Below are positions 12,774 through 26,268 of a stretch of 64,000 nucleotides of DNA, piece by piece. Position 1 is the first letter of the stretch. Each line of letters opens with the position of its first letter. The stretch covers positions 15,240-79,239 of the forward strand of contig NW_018405003.1 of NCBI RefSeq assembly GCF_002113885.1, read 5' to 3'. This DNA comes from Mizuhopecten yessoensis. Taxonomy: Eukaryota. The notes beneath the pieces are model-generated. The model made no database searches and was not told where the DNA came from. It saw only the letters and a program-made list of their open reading frames with translations. The translations under genes were made by a program, and so were the position numbers.

Positions 12774-14320
12774 AAATTAAGCGCTGTATGTGTAGAGTAG
12801 TACTCTAGTAGTAGAGGGATTTAACATTGTAGCACAAAATATAGCCAAAGTTATTAGGGTATTATTAGGTTTTCAATTGCAAGTGACTGTTTATTTTAAG
12901 TCAACTGGTATGATATTGCGATCTTTACATCAATCGATCCTGTGTGGCGTATATGACAGGACTTTCTATGGAAAGAAAAAAGTATAAAAAAAATGTCTAT
13001 CTGACGACCCGTTTCACGTGCATGCCATCAAATTGAGTAAAACCCGAGGCTAAGTGTGTTTTTTGTACCATATTTGAAAACCCCTCTGGTGGGATTTCCC
13101 TATCCTACACCCTTGGGCATAAACTAGTCTTATATGTTTTTCAATAAACGCATAATTCTATCTGGCGTTTCTAAATGATACTTTGAATGTCTAAAATTGT
13201 GGAATAAGTATAAATTTAAATGGAAAATTCATCATGACCACTACCAAAATCGCTGTTTCAACCATTTGTTCGGAAAGATTGTCCCGTCTCGTACTTCTGC
13301 TATGTTCATCAGGCCTTTTTCCCGGTAATCATTAGTTTATATTCCTCAATAAAAAATATTATTAATATATTATTAAGGTAATAATTTACTATATAAGGTA
13401 TTCATATCAGCAACAATTATATCTCAAAATTTATAAAAAAAAGTTCCGATTGTGGTAGATACAACCTTATGCTAAATTGGGTCGGGACAAAAAGGAATTC
13501 AACTAATCAAGGTTCGGTTTGATAAGGGTTGCACAACATGTTTAAAAAAATAAATGAATATTTATCTCTCCGCTTGCATAACTGCACTAATCATTGTATA
13601 ATTGATATCTATATTTGAAAACCGCATGATATTGGTTCATCTATGCATATAATTGTACCATGCATGATTTGTATTCCCATATTCCCGCACCGTGTAAATA
13701 GTATGTTCTCATAAACGAGCTTACAGACGGGACACGACCACTGCAGAGAATGCTGGACAGGTAAAAATAAAGTGACGACATGCGCTCATTAATTAGACAT
13801 AAATAACAAACCTACTATGAATGAGGGCTTAAGAATTGATTATCGTTATTGGTAATTTAAGTTTACAGGTAGATTGTCGTGAATTGTTTTATATTATTTA
13901 ACGCTAAAGGTTAAAAGATAATCAATTAAGAAGCTATCTATCCTAATTAGTGTCTGCACGCTTCATTCATTAAGGAAACTGTTTTGTATAACCAATGTGC
14001 ACCAAATCACAGTATGAGGTAAAATGCGAGACTCCAAGTCTAAACCTACAATCTCAGAGACGTAATGTTCCTATCTGTCTTCTATGATAGATACAACAGG
14101 TTGAACAACCAACATGTAACGGCTTATTGTATTTAACTTGCTCGCCAATTTTTATTTTGTTTTTATTCATTTATTTTAATGTCTTATTAAAAAGTAATAA
14201 ATCAAAATGTAGATTAAGTAAAAGCCGGCCAAATATGAATAGCAAATAATAGAACTGAGAAGATATATTGCACTCATTGATACAGTGTATGTAATTATTT
14301 CATGATTTGTCAGTTACGTA

Positions 14321-14405
14321 CCGTGGAATCAATTATTTAGGTGGATAAGTTTGACAAGAAGCTAATCTCCGAAATACGGGCCCGCGAAAATATCTGATTT
14401 CACAG
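14321..14405. mobile_element. Tiny Tc1/mariner-type MITE remnant
   Basis: TA|CCGTGGAATCA ... TGATTTCACAG|TA: 11-bp imperfect TIR with TA on both sides. Confidence 0.55.
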
Positions 14406-14603
14406 TATATGAATTAAAGTATATTTCAACACTTTCACGCAACTATCCTAAGACACATCAAGAAGTACTTTAGTATAACACTGAATGATTGTGATGGTTA
14501 GTGGTTTATTTACGACGCCATGTTGACGCAGTCCCTTCGATTAAAAACCGATGACTTAATTTCTGTCTGATGCGCCACTCCAGCAGTTGTTTTAATTACT
14601 AGA

Positions 14604-14745
14604 TTTGTATGCCCCGCCATAAAATGGGAGGGGGGGCAATAGTGTTGCCCATGTCCGTCCCATCCCGTTAACGTTGCGTCCGTCCCGTCCCTTCCTGTCG
14701 CGTCGATAAGCGGGGGCATTGATGTCTTACAGACATTTGCTAATT
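14604..14745 (+). mobile_element. Minimal Helentron-associated non-autonomous element (HINE/DINE-1-like)
   Basis: 5' subTIR ATGCCCCGC with partner GGGGGCA, (GTCC)n microsatellite, 3' subTIR GCGGGGGCAT and terminal hairpin ATGTCT-TAC-AGACAT, in a T-rich context. Confidence 0.75.
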
Positions 14746-15020
14746 TTTATCATCCTCATCACCAACCCATCGTTTGTTGAACATGGTGTGTATTAAGAAA
14801 ATCAGAGCGATTCATTCCACTTTAATTGATAAAGTATTCTAATCATTTCCGACTCGTTGCATATACTTTTGGAATAAGCCCACTGTATCAAATACAAGAC
14901 ACACGGGTTATAGTTTTTGAAAGTATAACAGATTTAATCTCTAATTTTAGTATATATCACAACCAACGCTAAACAAAACTGCAAAAACGATGAATACATG
15001 TACATTTATACCATTATTGA

Positions 15021-15375
15021 TTAAAGGATCCCCGTACAAATGTACCACTGCCAAAATCTGTATCTTAGTATAGAAACTGTTTTTGTCCGTCATGATTATA
15101 GCTTTGCTGAATCATTTCTGAAAAGAAACACATACCTTGCGAGATTTTTTATAAGAAAAAATAAAGATGAAAGAAACAAAGTATAATCAATAATAGTAAA
15201 AAAGATACCGCTAGACTCGGATTCAAACCCCGAACTTTAGACTGTTAAACGATCGGTCTTACCGATCGACAGAAGAGTTTAACTTAGTTTTCTTACAGCT
15301 GTATCCAAGCGAAAGTTTAAGGAAAGTTACTGTATGCAGGAAAAACTACAGTGCAGACCGGGACAGGGATCTTTA
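15021..15375 (-). mobile_element. Kolobok-like MITE, copy 2, carrying a tRNA-like segment
   Basis: TTAAAGGATCCCC ... GGGATCTTTA. Shares GGATCCCC..ACCACTGCCAAA and GCACTGTA.TTTTTCC blocks with 5210-5705 in reverse orientation. Degenerate B-box GGTTTGAATCC on the minus strand at ~15219-15229. Confidence 0.6.
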
Positions 15376-17782
15376 TCCCTTTTCTATTTCAATATAAGTC
15401 ATTACAATACTATTTTTATGTTTATTTTGATATTGTGTCGGGTGCCACTTTTGGCGCAGAAAATACTAAACGTTCCGAAACATTTGGCTTCACTTCTAGT
15501 GCGGATTAATGTTGCTTTGTATCGTTTTTTTAGGTATCTCATGTGTTCCTGCTTTTGTCTTTTGTATATAGAAGGAGTTCAAATTTGGTGGTTTGGTTAC
15601 CGATTTGACACATTCTGTTATATTTAACTTAACCATTGCTTAGTTCCTCGTTGTAATTTAGGTCCCTCTTGGCAATCCTCGATACTCCAGGTGTTACACT
15701 CATTTTTGCTCTCTGCATATCATAGCAAAATTGAAGGTAAGAAGATAGCTGTTTCATTGGTCTCAGGCACAACAACCTGACCAATAGCAAGGCTGATACC
15801 TGTCCTTTGAAGATTACAAAGGAGCGACACCCGAGTTCAACGCCCGTCGTTTTTTATTGTTACGTGACCGCGAGATAGTTTTAATATACATCACATGATC
15901 GAACCAGTCCTCTTGTCTCATTAACAAGGTGGCACACACTGAGCGTTCAAGTTTGTTACGACATATTTCAGGGTTCCAGAGAGCGTAAGTGAGCATAACC
16001 CATGGAGTGTCTAGGATGCCTCTTGGCATATTGACAGTCGCCACAGTTGTTTACAGGAAGGAAATGTAAGTAAATAAAGTGGAACGATTATATGACGGAT
16101 GTAATACACCCTAGCTCCGTTGTGTAAATTAATTCACAATATGTTAGATGGTAAATTATGGTAATTTATCATTGCAAATGGTCTCCACATCCTCATATAA
16201 ATCTTCATAGAATTAAGTGTATGCTTGTATCGCTTTGCTCTAGGCATACGCGGAAACAACAACTGTTATTGATAGGATTTTAATTATCAGACGTACGGGA
16301 CTGTGTATGACGTAAACAAAATTTACAGTTCCTTCCACGTCGTCTTGTAAAGAGTAAGTCTAGCACTGCAATCCCACACAGTATACTAACAATACTAGAC
16401 TGACATGAGGCGTACTATAATACAGATTTACATTAACCACAACGGTATCGAACAGGAAATACAAGGTCAAAACGGCATACAATACAGTTATACAAAAGAA
16501 AAAACAACAACAGTACCTGAGGAAAATCAATACAAAATACTAGACAACAAATGCATTGAAGTGATACAACAATTGGGAGAAAGACAGTCAATGGAATGGA
16601 AGAGACAGCAAACATAAGGAAGGGGGATTTTGAACCGTATCATCATTGTATAATTATGAATGAAATACATCTTTAAGATCGGTCGCGTGACCTTAATTCA
16701 TCATAGTTATTAAAGCATTGTTAATTTGTAATGATTTTTTTTTTAAATATTCAGTAACCTAGCAATATTAAAGATACACTTTTTAACTGTTATTTAAAAC
16801 ATTTCCATCTACACAATAAAGTCTAAAAAGGAGAGATACAAAAAAAACAATTTGTAGTGTGCATAGCAAAATCGGAACTACGATAAAAATGCATTGTAAG
16901 GTTAACAGGACTGGTAGGTATTTCATCACAGACTGATGGCAGACCATTTACCACGATTCAGCTGTATATGTCATTATCTACTGTCACAATGCTAATTATC
17001 CTGTCGAACTTGTGTCAAAATCTTTATTATCTTACAATGATCGATTTGTTCCGGCGGTGATATAAAACACTTATGCATCCCATATCTTAACAATGAATAT
17101 GAACTACCATCGGTGGTCCCTCATTGATAACTCCAGCACACAAACTCATCTCTGGGACCGTCAGTCATTATTAAGATCAGAATGATACATCAATGAATTT
17201 ATATTCATAAGAATTACTCATGAAAACACACTTTCGGCGATGACATGAGTATAATCAGGTTGCCCCAATATACTTTGTCATGTAGACACACGTCAAAGTG
17301 ACGAACAAATCAATTCGTACGCAGTTACACTATAAATAGGATTTCCCCAAAAAGGTCGTTAGATAGTGAAAAAACATACAAGGAACAACAAATGTTTTTG
17401 TAACCATTTTTCTTAACTATATGGCTTATTAGTTTTGGTTTTTCCAATTTCGTTCACCACAACTCAGTTTTTGACATATATACACAACTACACGTTTGAG
17501 GAAAACGAACAGGTATATATCCCTGTTTTAGGATCGTAAGAGGAAATTATTGGGGGTGCCCCTTCCCCTGTAGATTTAAGATCGTTATCCCGTGTCTTGT
17601 GCTAAGGGAAACGTTATGCTGTAATGAAAACAACTCTGGAATCTGCATTGCTTGCTTTAATGTTATATTTACCAATATCAGACGGGATGCGACCTATACT
17701 TTGTTTCACTGACGGGAACAACACAACCTCGCCAGTCGAAACTCTGTTAGAGTCCTTCTTCTAGTTAACAGATATAATGGTA

Positions 17783-18097
17783 GAAAGAGAAATGCAAGGC
17801 CAGACCGGGATTCGAACTGGGAACCGTCCGAACTCTACCAATTAACCTACGTGGTCGCAGACGATCAACCCTGTCCAGTTGCGCTACATTAATCCTCCTT
17901 TTACTAAATTTTAGCCCTTGGGGACAAAACAACTTACAACCAATAACTTGAAAAAGGGGTTGGCAAGCTCACTAATTGCGAGTGTGGAAAAAGAGAAATG
18001 AACGGCTAAACTGATATATGAACCTGAGACCCTCAGAACTCTAGACGGAGTCTACCAATTGAGCTACCTGGTCGCAGATGATCGACCCAGTCCAATT
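17783..18097 (-). repeat. Two tandem degenerate tRNA-derived units (~206-bp spacing)
   Basis: AAGAGAAATG...CTACCAATT..CTAC.TGGTCGCAGA.GATC.ACCC.GTCCA occurs twice. Minus-strand B-box GTTCGAATCC (17808-17817) and A-box-like TAGCTCAATTGGTAGA (~18051-18066). Confidence 0.7.
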
Positions 18098-21000
18098 CTG
18101 CATTGCAGATAATCCTGAAATTTTAATCTCGACGTGACTGTTGACGTAACATTATATTGACATCATGTTTACAAACTATATGATGGTAACCTTATTTACA
18201 TATCATCCCAATGACGTTATAACTTTGAACAAATGGTTCTTCTTGCTTTTCATTTATTTCTCCGAATCATATTCATATTTAATTTGATAAGAATTTCCTG
18301 CAACGATTAAGGTGAGGTAGTATTCGAGTAATTGAGATTAGTCGCACATTTCGTTTAAAATCGAAAGAAGTATGCTGGGTTGTTAATTGCTTGTATACAA
18401 ATGTCTTCATAAGGACGTAAAACTGCGACAAATCAACAACCCACGTCTGTTTCTTCCGGTGATGAAGCTTTTAAGCTGTTGTCGCACTGAAATATAATAA
18501 CTCAGACAAAACGGTAGTAGCATGCCAATTATCCTGGTCACAATATTTTGGCAAATGCTTTTGAAAATGGGTTCCTGTAGGGATACCAGCGAAAGGAGAA
18601 CACTGAATTAGTTATAGATAATTTGAATAAGCCCGGTACAAAGTGTTGAGATAAGGACAGTTGGTAGTCAGGGAAACAGTTCTAGCTATGGATTATAGGG
18701 TATGTTTCCTAGTTACAAATGTAATTTAGATGTATTGCTTCAGCATAAATGGATACAAATGGACCTCCAACTGAATTTTTTACCAATACTTCGAAGGAAT
18801 AACATGGAAAACATACAAGAGACTAATCAAGATATTCTCAAATTGTAAGCTCCTCATGCACCTTGAAATAATGAGGTAACAAAGCGTAGAGTACTACGTA
18901 AATACGACACAAAGTCCACAGCAATCCCGTACGATACTACATGTATTATAAGGGTGTTAAATTCAATTTGATGTATAACTAAAAGCCCCGCTTTACGAAC
19001 GGGGTCTCCCAAGTTGACTTCCTGCGGTTTCACGATTTGAACCGCTTAATATCTTATAATAAAGAAAACGTTTAGATGATCGGAACTTTTGATAAACCTG
19101 TGATAGACATGATCTATTTTGTATGAGTGCCTCCGTAATTATGATGTGCCTTACTGTTGTAACGATTACCACATGCAGGTATCAAATGACAGATAAGCAG
19201 ACGGTCTCTCTCGCCACGCCTAGACATATTCTTCTGCATGTGCACCTTGAAACAAACGTTCGAGCAGACAGGTAGGGCACTGTTCAGCTGGTAATTTCAC
19301 GTCATGCGTAAAATAAACTCAAATCGACCACAGCGGACATTTTTTATTGTCACTCAAGTGTTAAATAAACTCAAATCACCCTCACAGTACGTCTTGATAT
19401 GAAAGGTGAATTAGTCTTTAATATATCTATATGTGTATTGACTTCATTCACCTTTGATATATACAGATGTCAGGAGATAAGGTTTGTATCGATTTATGTT
19501 TTATTCTCACCTTATCTGTAACTCCTATCTATCTCGAGAAGAAATTGATATGTATTAATAAGCATTTACATTCATTACGTAACAAAAACGAGATAGGGTT
19601 GTATCGATAGATCAGGTCATTTTAAAGAACATCTAACGTACTCACCATTTAAAAGAAATAACAAAGCAACAAAGTGACACCAAACTCCCCTAAGACGTAT
19701 AACTGCATTAGGTCAGTAAACTACATGACCTTATAACCTGTGAAATAGGATCGAAAACAAAAATCATTTATATGCATTTGCAAAAGGAGGCTACAGCTAA
19801 GTGTATCCCTAACCTTGCTAAACTGAAATATTTCAGTTGACTTCCATTAAATGATTTAAGTCTAGTACATTTGAGATCGTGTCTGTGAAACAGAAATTAG
19901 TTTCCCCTCATCTTGTGTGTACGATAGAGCTATATTAAAATCAGCCCTATAGATGTGTAAGAAACGGTCAAAGGCTAAAATAGGCTAAAGGAAATTTCCT
20001 TACCATACCTTGTCCTGAAGCATTCAAACATTCTGATCATAAAAAGATTTACGAAATTATATAACTTTAGGTAAAGGTTATGCTTTTCATGCAAATGTAT
20101 AAATATCTGAATAATTTGGATCAAATGGCAGAATTTCTAATTACAAGAACACAACACTGACGTAAATCAACAGGTAAGCGATTTGTAGCGAGCCAATCCT
20201 GTAAAACACATAGTAGAGCTAGCAATCAGCAGTCGACATCTCATCTAAAATTAATCTATATGTTTTTTTGTTTTTTTTAATTTTGTCTTAAGTTTTGCAA
20301 GTTGATTGATAGCAATTCAGAATGAATCACAACGTTGTAACCATCTGCATTACAACTTCAAAGAACCCTTGTGACCAGATCACCACGTATGTCCCCGGTC
20401 CACTTTATATTGTAGTTGGTTTGCTCAGAATGCACCAGAAACCTTGGCACTATTTCCCTGTTGGTTTGACCTCTTGTCGTATTTCATGCACATATATGTA
20501 TTGATATGTACTCTAAATATTTTCTAAACAGAGGACAAGCGGTTTTGGTTTATTCATTCATTCGATCTTTCACAGCGGTTTCCTATAATGCGTTTATTCG
20601 GCTGAGTGCTGCTCCTGTATTAGGATCACGTAACTACAACCCGACCCTGCTCCACCCATACATAATGGCTGTCACCTGTTCTCCACCTGAACTTCGTTTA
20701 TATTTCGTATTATATATATACATATTTTCATTATGATTTTTATAGTGTAGTTATAAGCACATTTATGAAAATTATATGTATATATTAGTTTTATATCATA
20801 GCAATGCATACATCCTTAATATCGATTTCTATCGTAGCTCTATGCATTATATGAATCTTACAGACGTTTTCAACATGATTTTATAAAAAAAAAATCTCAG
20901 TTCCTTTATAGTGTTTTAGTGTTGACCCTCTTTTATTTTAGTCACATAAACATGTCTCAATTTTAGAGTTCTATCATTTGACATATGGACACACGAAGCT

Positions 21001-22297
21001 TTGCAACATTACTGAATCTTCTTCACTTTTTATAACTTGCCATTGCTTTAATTACTTAATAAAGCATTATTCCAAAATAAATTTCAAATGTATTCCCAAC
21101 ACTTCAACAAAAAAAAATTTGTTTTAAATTGACCTTAAATTGAATCTTTTCGCGCACGTGGTGAAATGAATACCGCACGTGTCCCTTTATAACATCAAAG
21201 TGGCGTGATAACTGATAATCAATTGGTTGATAAAATTAATTCAAATGACTTGCTTGAACGTCAAGCACTCCCGCTGTTGTAGAAATGCGCTTTGTTTTAA
21301 TGCATAAGGTAGAACACTATTGCCCAGGACTGCCCATGAACAGGTGGTTTCCCAGTTTGTTTGTAAGCACGAAGGTTTGCTATCAGTACAAACTCAGTCA
21401 ATTGTCTCAAATTGAAGACACCATTGTTATGTCCTTTCCCGCTATGTCTGAAACAATAAATACATATCAGCAATGGTATACACCCATCTACGAACAGTCA
21501 GGCACGCATTTAAACAAGGCTTTCAAATTTACACAACATTTTTACAAGAACAAATTAACATTCATTGTTTCAAACATAAAATACCACTCATCTTTGTTTG
21601 GTTTCAAAGCAAATAGATGAAATCGTATCCAGTAATTGCTGTGCTATTTAATCATCTATTCAAGTGTATAAAAGTTTCTAATATATGCGTTAATATAAAA
21701 AGTTTAAATAAGGGTTTAAATAACTTAGAATGCTAATAAGTCCAATATATATCCAATCTAATTTATTGTGCAAAAACAATGACATGACAAGTGCAATCGC
21801 ATTCCCTTCTGTTGAAATGCATTTAAATATCATTATAATGGAATGGAATTTTAGAAATCTGTTACGCATTCTAGTTACATAACAAAAACATTTCATAATT
21901 ATTTGAATGCTTGTAGTTCAAAGAGATGGAGTTTCAAGAGAAATCGATAATACCTGAACTTATTTGGGACATCACTTCATAAATGAAAAACACTATTCAC
22001 CATATCAATGTGTGTTCCCCATCTATCGACCTTCTACCGACAACTCCATAATACTCATGCTCCCCAGGGTTTCGTAAATACATAATTAAGCTGAAGTGTG
22101 TCTACGTATGTTTTGCAATAACTGAAGTCGTGTGATGGTGTGCCCGTTAGTGTGACACTTTGCGGTGTCCTTGATTACAACACAATCAGTCTATTATACA
22201 TTTGAACAGGTGCAATCGTGAGAAGAGAAAGGTAGAGAAATTAAGTTTCAAAATAGAAACGTCGATATCAAATCAATTGTGTTCTCCGTGCCATCTC

Positions 22298-22642
22298 TAA
22301 TAAATGATAATAACGATAATAATATTTGGAGGTTCTTATATACCGCTTTATCACAACCTAGTTTGTAGGTCGTCTCAAAGCGGTTCACAAATTATTATCC
22401 ATGGTTATAGGGCTTTTGCAACCAGCCTGGGGACCATACAGCCAGTGCTGCCATTTCGGCGCTCACAACTAGCATTCAACAATTCTAGCACTGCCCAACC
22501 ACGTACTCGTTTACAGTTGAGTAGACTGGAACAAGCAGAGTAAAGTATCTTGCTCAAAAATACAATACAGTGCCGTGGCGCGACTCGAACCCGCAACCTT
22601 TCGGTCACAAGCCCGGTGTTCTACCACTAGACTACCGTACCT
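22298..22642 (-). mobile_element. tRNA-derived CORE-SINE, full length
   Basis: Minus strand: A-box TAGTCTAGTGG, B-box GGTTCGAGTC, CORE-like TTGAGCAAGATACTTTACTC..CCAGTCTACTCAACTGTAAA, L2-like tail GAACCGCTTTGAGAC..AAGCGGTATATAAG and a (TTA)n-like end. Confidence 0.88.
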
Positions 22643-23202
22643 GCACAAAAGGAGCATCGTGTCTGCAGGGGGGCACAACTATCGGTTTTTCCGAGTTTAT
22701 TCTATGTTATTGTCCGTGAACATGAATGCTCACAATAGCAAGATATGTCATTTGTGGGGGGGAATATAAAACCCGCTTTTCCATGATACAGCCAAACCAG
22801 AACGTTTTTAAACTTCGATTAGAATTGAAATTGAACTAAAATCATTTTTTGAATTCGTAAAATAATTCGTAGATAAATCTTTGATTTTAGGAAAGCAAAA
22901 GTAAAATATACTTCAGTATGTGAAACATCGTATACACAAGAACAAGATCAGAATTCGAAGTTGACATGACAACAATGGAAACGTCGAGACATCAAAATAA
23001 AAGGAGATAAGAGGGACAGAGGAGACACTAAAACCTAATGAAACGACAGGGGCGGAGGAGAAACCACATCAAAACTTAAACAACAGAAATCGAGGATACA
23101 ATAAAGACAGAAAACGACAGGAGCAGCGGAGAAATCAAATCAAAAGCTTAAATCAGAGCTAAACAGACTCAATGAGAAGCCAACAACAAGAACTGAGAAG
23201 AC

Positions 23203-23381
23203 ACAATAATAACGAAACAACAGGAACAGAGCAGACACAATAAAAAGTTAAACAACAGGAACAGAGCAGACACAATAAAAAGTTATACAACAGAAACTGA
23301 GCAGACACAATAACAAATTAAACAACAGATACTGAGCAGACACAATAAAAAGTTAAACAACAGGAACTGAGCAGACACAAA
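23203..23381. repeat. 35-bp minisatellite (AACAACAGGAACAGAGCAGACACAATAAAAAGTTA), ~5 copies, preceded by more degenerate related units from ~22980
   Basis: CAGGA at 23221 and 23256, and so on. Confidence 0.92.
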
Positions 23382-23829
23382 ACCAAAAAAGACATAATGA
23401 ACATTGCAATAACTTATAGACCGAAACAGATGATCCGGAAAAATTGGATTTTTTTTTTGTATTATAATTATGTGGTATTCATCATGATGTCTCCATTACG
23501 TTTACTATAAATACATCCATTCATACAAACACAACCTAAAAGGTGCCTTATTTAAAAGTACATATACAACATTTAGTTAAAACAAATATAAAATTAAACT
23601 ACTATTAAATATCAAATAGGTTAAGAGTGCAATGACATTAGAAGTCAATGCTACTAAACATTGACATTTTACAATACATACATTGTGGCATACGATTTTA
23701 TCGTAACGGTATAGAGTACCAAAAAACAATATTGGACAATCCCAATGTAACAATGTTTCAAACGCAAAAACGAAGATATCGCTTGGAATTCTTATCAGTT
23801 TCGTCTACCCACAAATTGCTTCACACAGT

Positions 23830-24420
23830 GTCATGAACTTGGGGTATTCACTAACCAATTCTGCATATACATCATATCATAGTGATCTACGAAAGGCCAT
23901 AACGAATTTGTCGTCTATACCTTTCACTGAAGCGAAAACAGGGCCGCTTTGTCGGAAAATCACGCTAGAAGGGCACAACTTATCGATTATTTGTCAGCTT
24001 AACTATACTGTGAGAAAAAGCTATCGTTTTGAAAGGAAGTAACAATGATGAAGTGGCATGCCTGTCATGTTAAAGAGATTGTTTCAAATACATTATCATG
24101 TTTGTTTCCAAAAACAAAGAAAGCTTATTTGGCCAAATATGTAGGAATAGTTAGTAGAAGATGGCAAACTATTGAATTTAGTCAATTGTATCTAGTGCTT
24201 GTCGTTAATACATTAAAATGTCCTCATCAAAATATTATTTTATTATTTACTTCATTATTTTTTTTAGCAGTGCAATATATCTCCCTACGCTTCTAGGAGT
24301 AGGTCTGGGAGTAGTGCATATATGTTGTTGCTTATTTGTAAACTGTCTGTTGCACTGTTTATATGTACAACTAATGAGCTGTACAGCTTAAGGTAATTAA
24401 AGCGCTATAACTTGAACTTG
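23830..24420 (+). mobile_element. Highly degenerate LINE 3' end (CR1/L2 group)
   Basis: Fragments LRKAITNLSS..EAKTG and LAKYV resemble the LINE ORF2 C-terminus. The 3' end has hairpin AGCTGTACAGCT and an (AACTTG)2 tail. Several frameshifts. Confidence 0.4.
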
Positions 24421-24847
24421 TTTAATAATGATATTAGTACTATTAGTGTAAACCTGTCGGAGAGGAATTGGCGTTTAAAATGACTGCAACAAAGCATAAG
24501 AAATACCTAACTGCAGACTCTTGGTTTTGTATTATAGCTAGTTTAACTTAAAGGTTAAATCTTTGTCTGAATCTGGGGAAATTTGATCATTGCAGCACCG
24601 TATATGATTTTTAAATTGTAAAAGTAAAAGTTAGTTCTTAGTTTGAAATCTAAAATAACTAAACAAACTAAACAAAAAATTAAAAGCATAGCTTACCAAT
24701 GATTTAATTGTGGTAATATTTTTAGAAAAAAAGTAGTCTTGTATCATTTTATACAAACACTCACGATAATACTAATAGACTTGTCTGTTTTAATGTGATT
24801 CCTTAAACACCGTTGTCTGTGAATATGTTCAAGGATACTCTAATATA

Positions 24848-24990
24848 TAGAGGATCTGACATAAGTTTCCGTTTCATATGATGTTTATGGAACGAGTCAA
24901 AGAATTAAACTTTTAGCGAGCACCGGCGATTTATAGTTACTCATTATGATGAGTTTTATAAATCTCATAGAAATGAAAGAGAATGCAATT
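24848..24990. mobile_element. Degenerate palindromic non-autonomous element (Crypton-like, tentative)
   Basis: TTTCATATGATGTTTATGGAACGAGT ... GAGTTTTATAAATCTCATAGAAATG imperfect inverted arms around a GCGAG core. Confidence 0.35.
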
Positions 24991-25603
24991 TATTACAAGA
25001 TATTTGTGATATTAACATTTGTTCGGAAATGACGTGAAATCAAACAACATCAACTGTCTGGCTTCATGTCTTCTGTTTGTTAGGTGATTGTGTAAATCTA
25101 ATTATATGATACCACTTGAAACAAAGATAATATTTCTATATACATGTCAACAAAGATACAACTGAAACAGGATAAAAACGAATAAGATGAGATGACTTGT
25201 TATTACAACAGTAGCAACGGGGATATATCGTCGTTGATTCCGGGAATATTCTGTACCCACGAATTCATGTACTTAGCTAATTTTAGTTCTATTGAAAAAA
25301 AGTAATTACAAAGAATGTACATAAAGATCATAATAGCAATCTAAAACAGACGAACATACTTCACAACTCCCGTAAAATATATGTTCATCTTAAAAACCAA
25401 ATGTTTGGAACGAATACCTTTCCCAAGTTCCAACACATCGAAAAAAGGAAAAATTAGACCGTTTAAAAATAGTCTCTTAGCAATAGTGATTATCATTAAG
25501 ACGACGACGATGATGATGATGATGATGATTTCAGTTGATATCTTTTCAACTTGTTCATTGTGTGTTAACGTTATGCTATATATATTATTTTATTTTTTTG
25601 CAG

Positions 25604-25704
25604 AGACTGTATTCCAGAAATTAGAGTTCCCCTTTCTCAAGTGTCTGTGAGTATAAAGGCGGTCTGTGACTTGTATGATAAGTTAGGTCACAGTACGGTG
25701 GCAG
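25604..25704 (+). other. Candidate internal exon (coding status unknown)
   Basis: Strong acceptor TTTTATTTTTTTGCAG at 25603. Donors at 25647 (GTGAGT) or 25705 (CAG|GTAC). One frame is open (DCIPEIRVPLSQVSVSIKAVCDLYDKLGHSTVA). No recognised homology. Confidence 0.3.
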
Positions 25705-26268
25705 GTACAAAGTGTGGTATCGGGTCTCTCTGATACCGAGTCCAATACTTCACTGTAAACGCAATACGTGCATTTATTATAAAATAATCAGGTCGTTGAA
25801 CTTCACATGTCACTATTTTATTCAAAAGGGTTGTTTGTGTTCATGATATTTAAACTGCAAAAATTATAGACAAAAAAACATAACTTCATAATAGAATAAT
25901 TGTAAACGGCAAAATTCCTGGTGCTTATTAAGTAGATATAAAACCACAGAGATAGTATTTCTTAGATAAGAATGTTTGTTTAAAATATCTGGTATTTTTT
26001 TCCGAAATGGTAGTTAAGGTTAATGTGAAATATATATATTCTCTGATGCAAGATTATAATTGGTACAGTCTTAACATCCGTAAATATGTAAATAAGTAAA
26101 TATTGCCTAAACAGAACAAGCTGAACAAATTATTTTCTCTTCTCGCATACAATTTTATGCATATTTCCACTGGTATCTCTTACAGGTATCACTATTAGCC
26201 TACCCAAAGGACCTAATGTCAGTCATAAGTAGTAAAATATACCAAGCGTGAAACACCAGTGTAGATTC

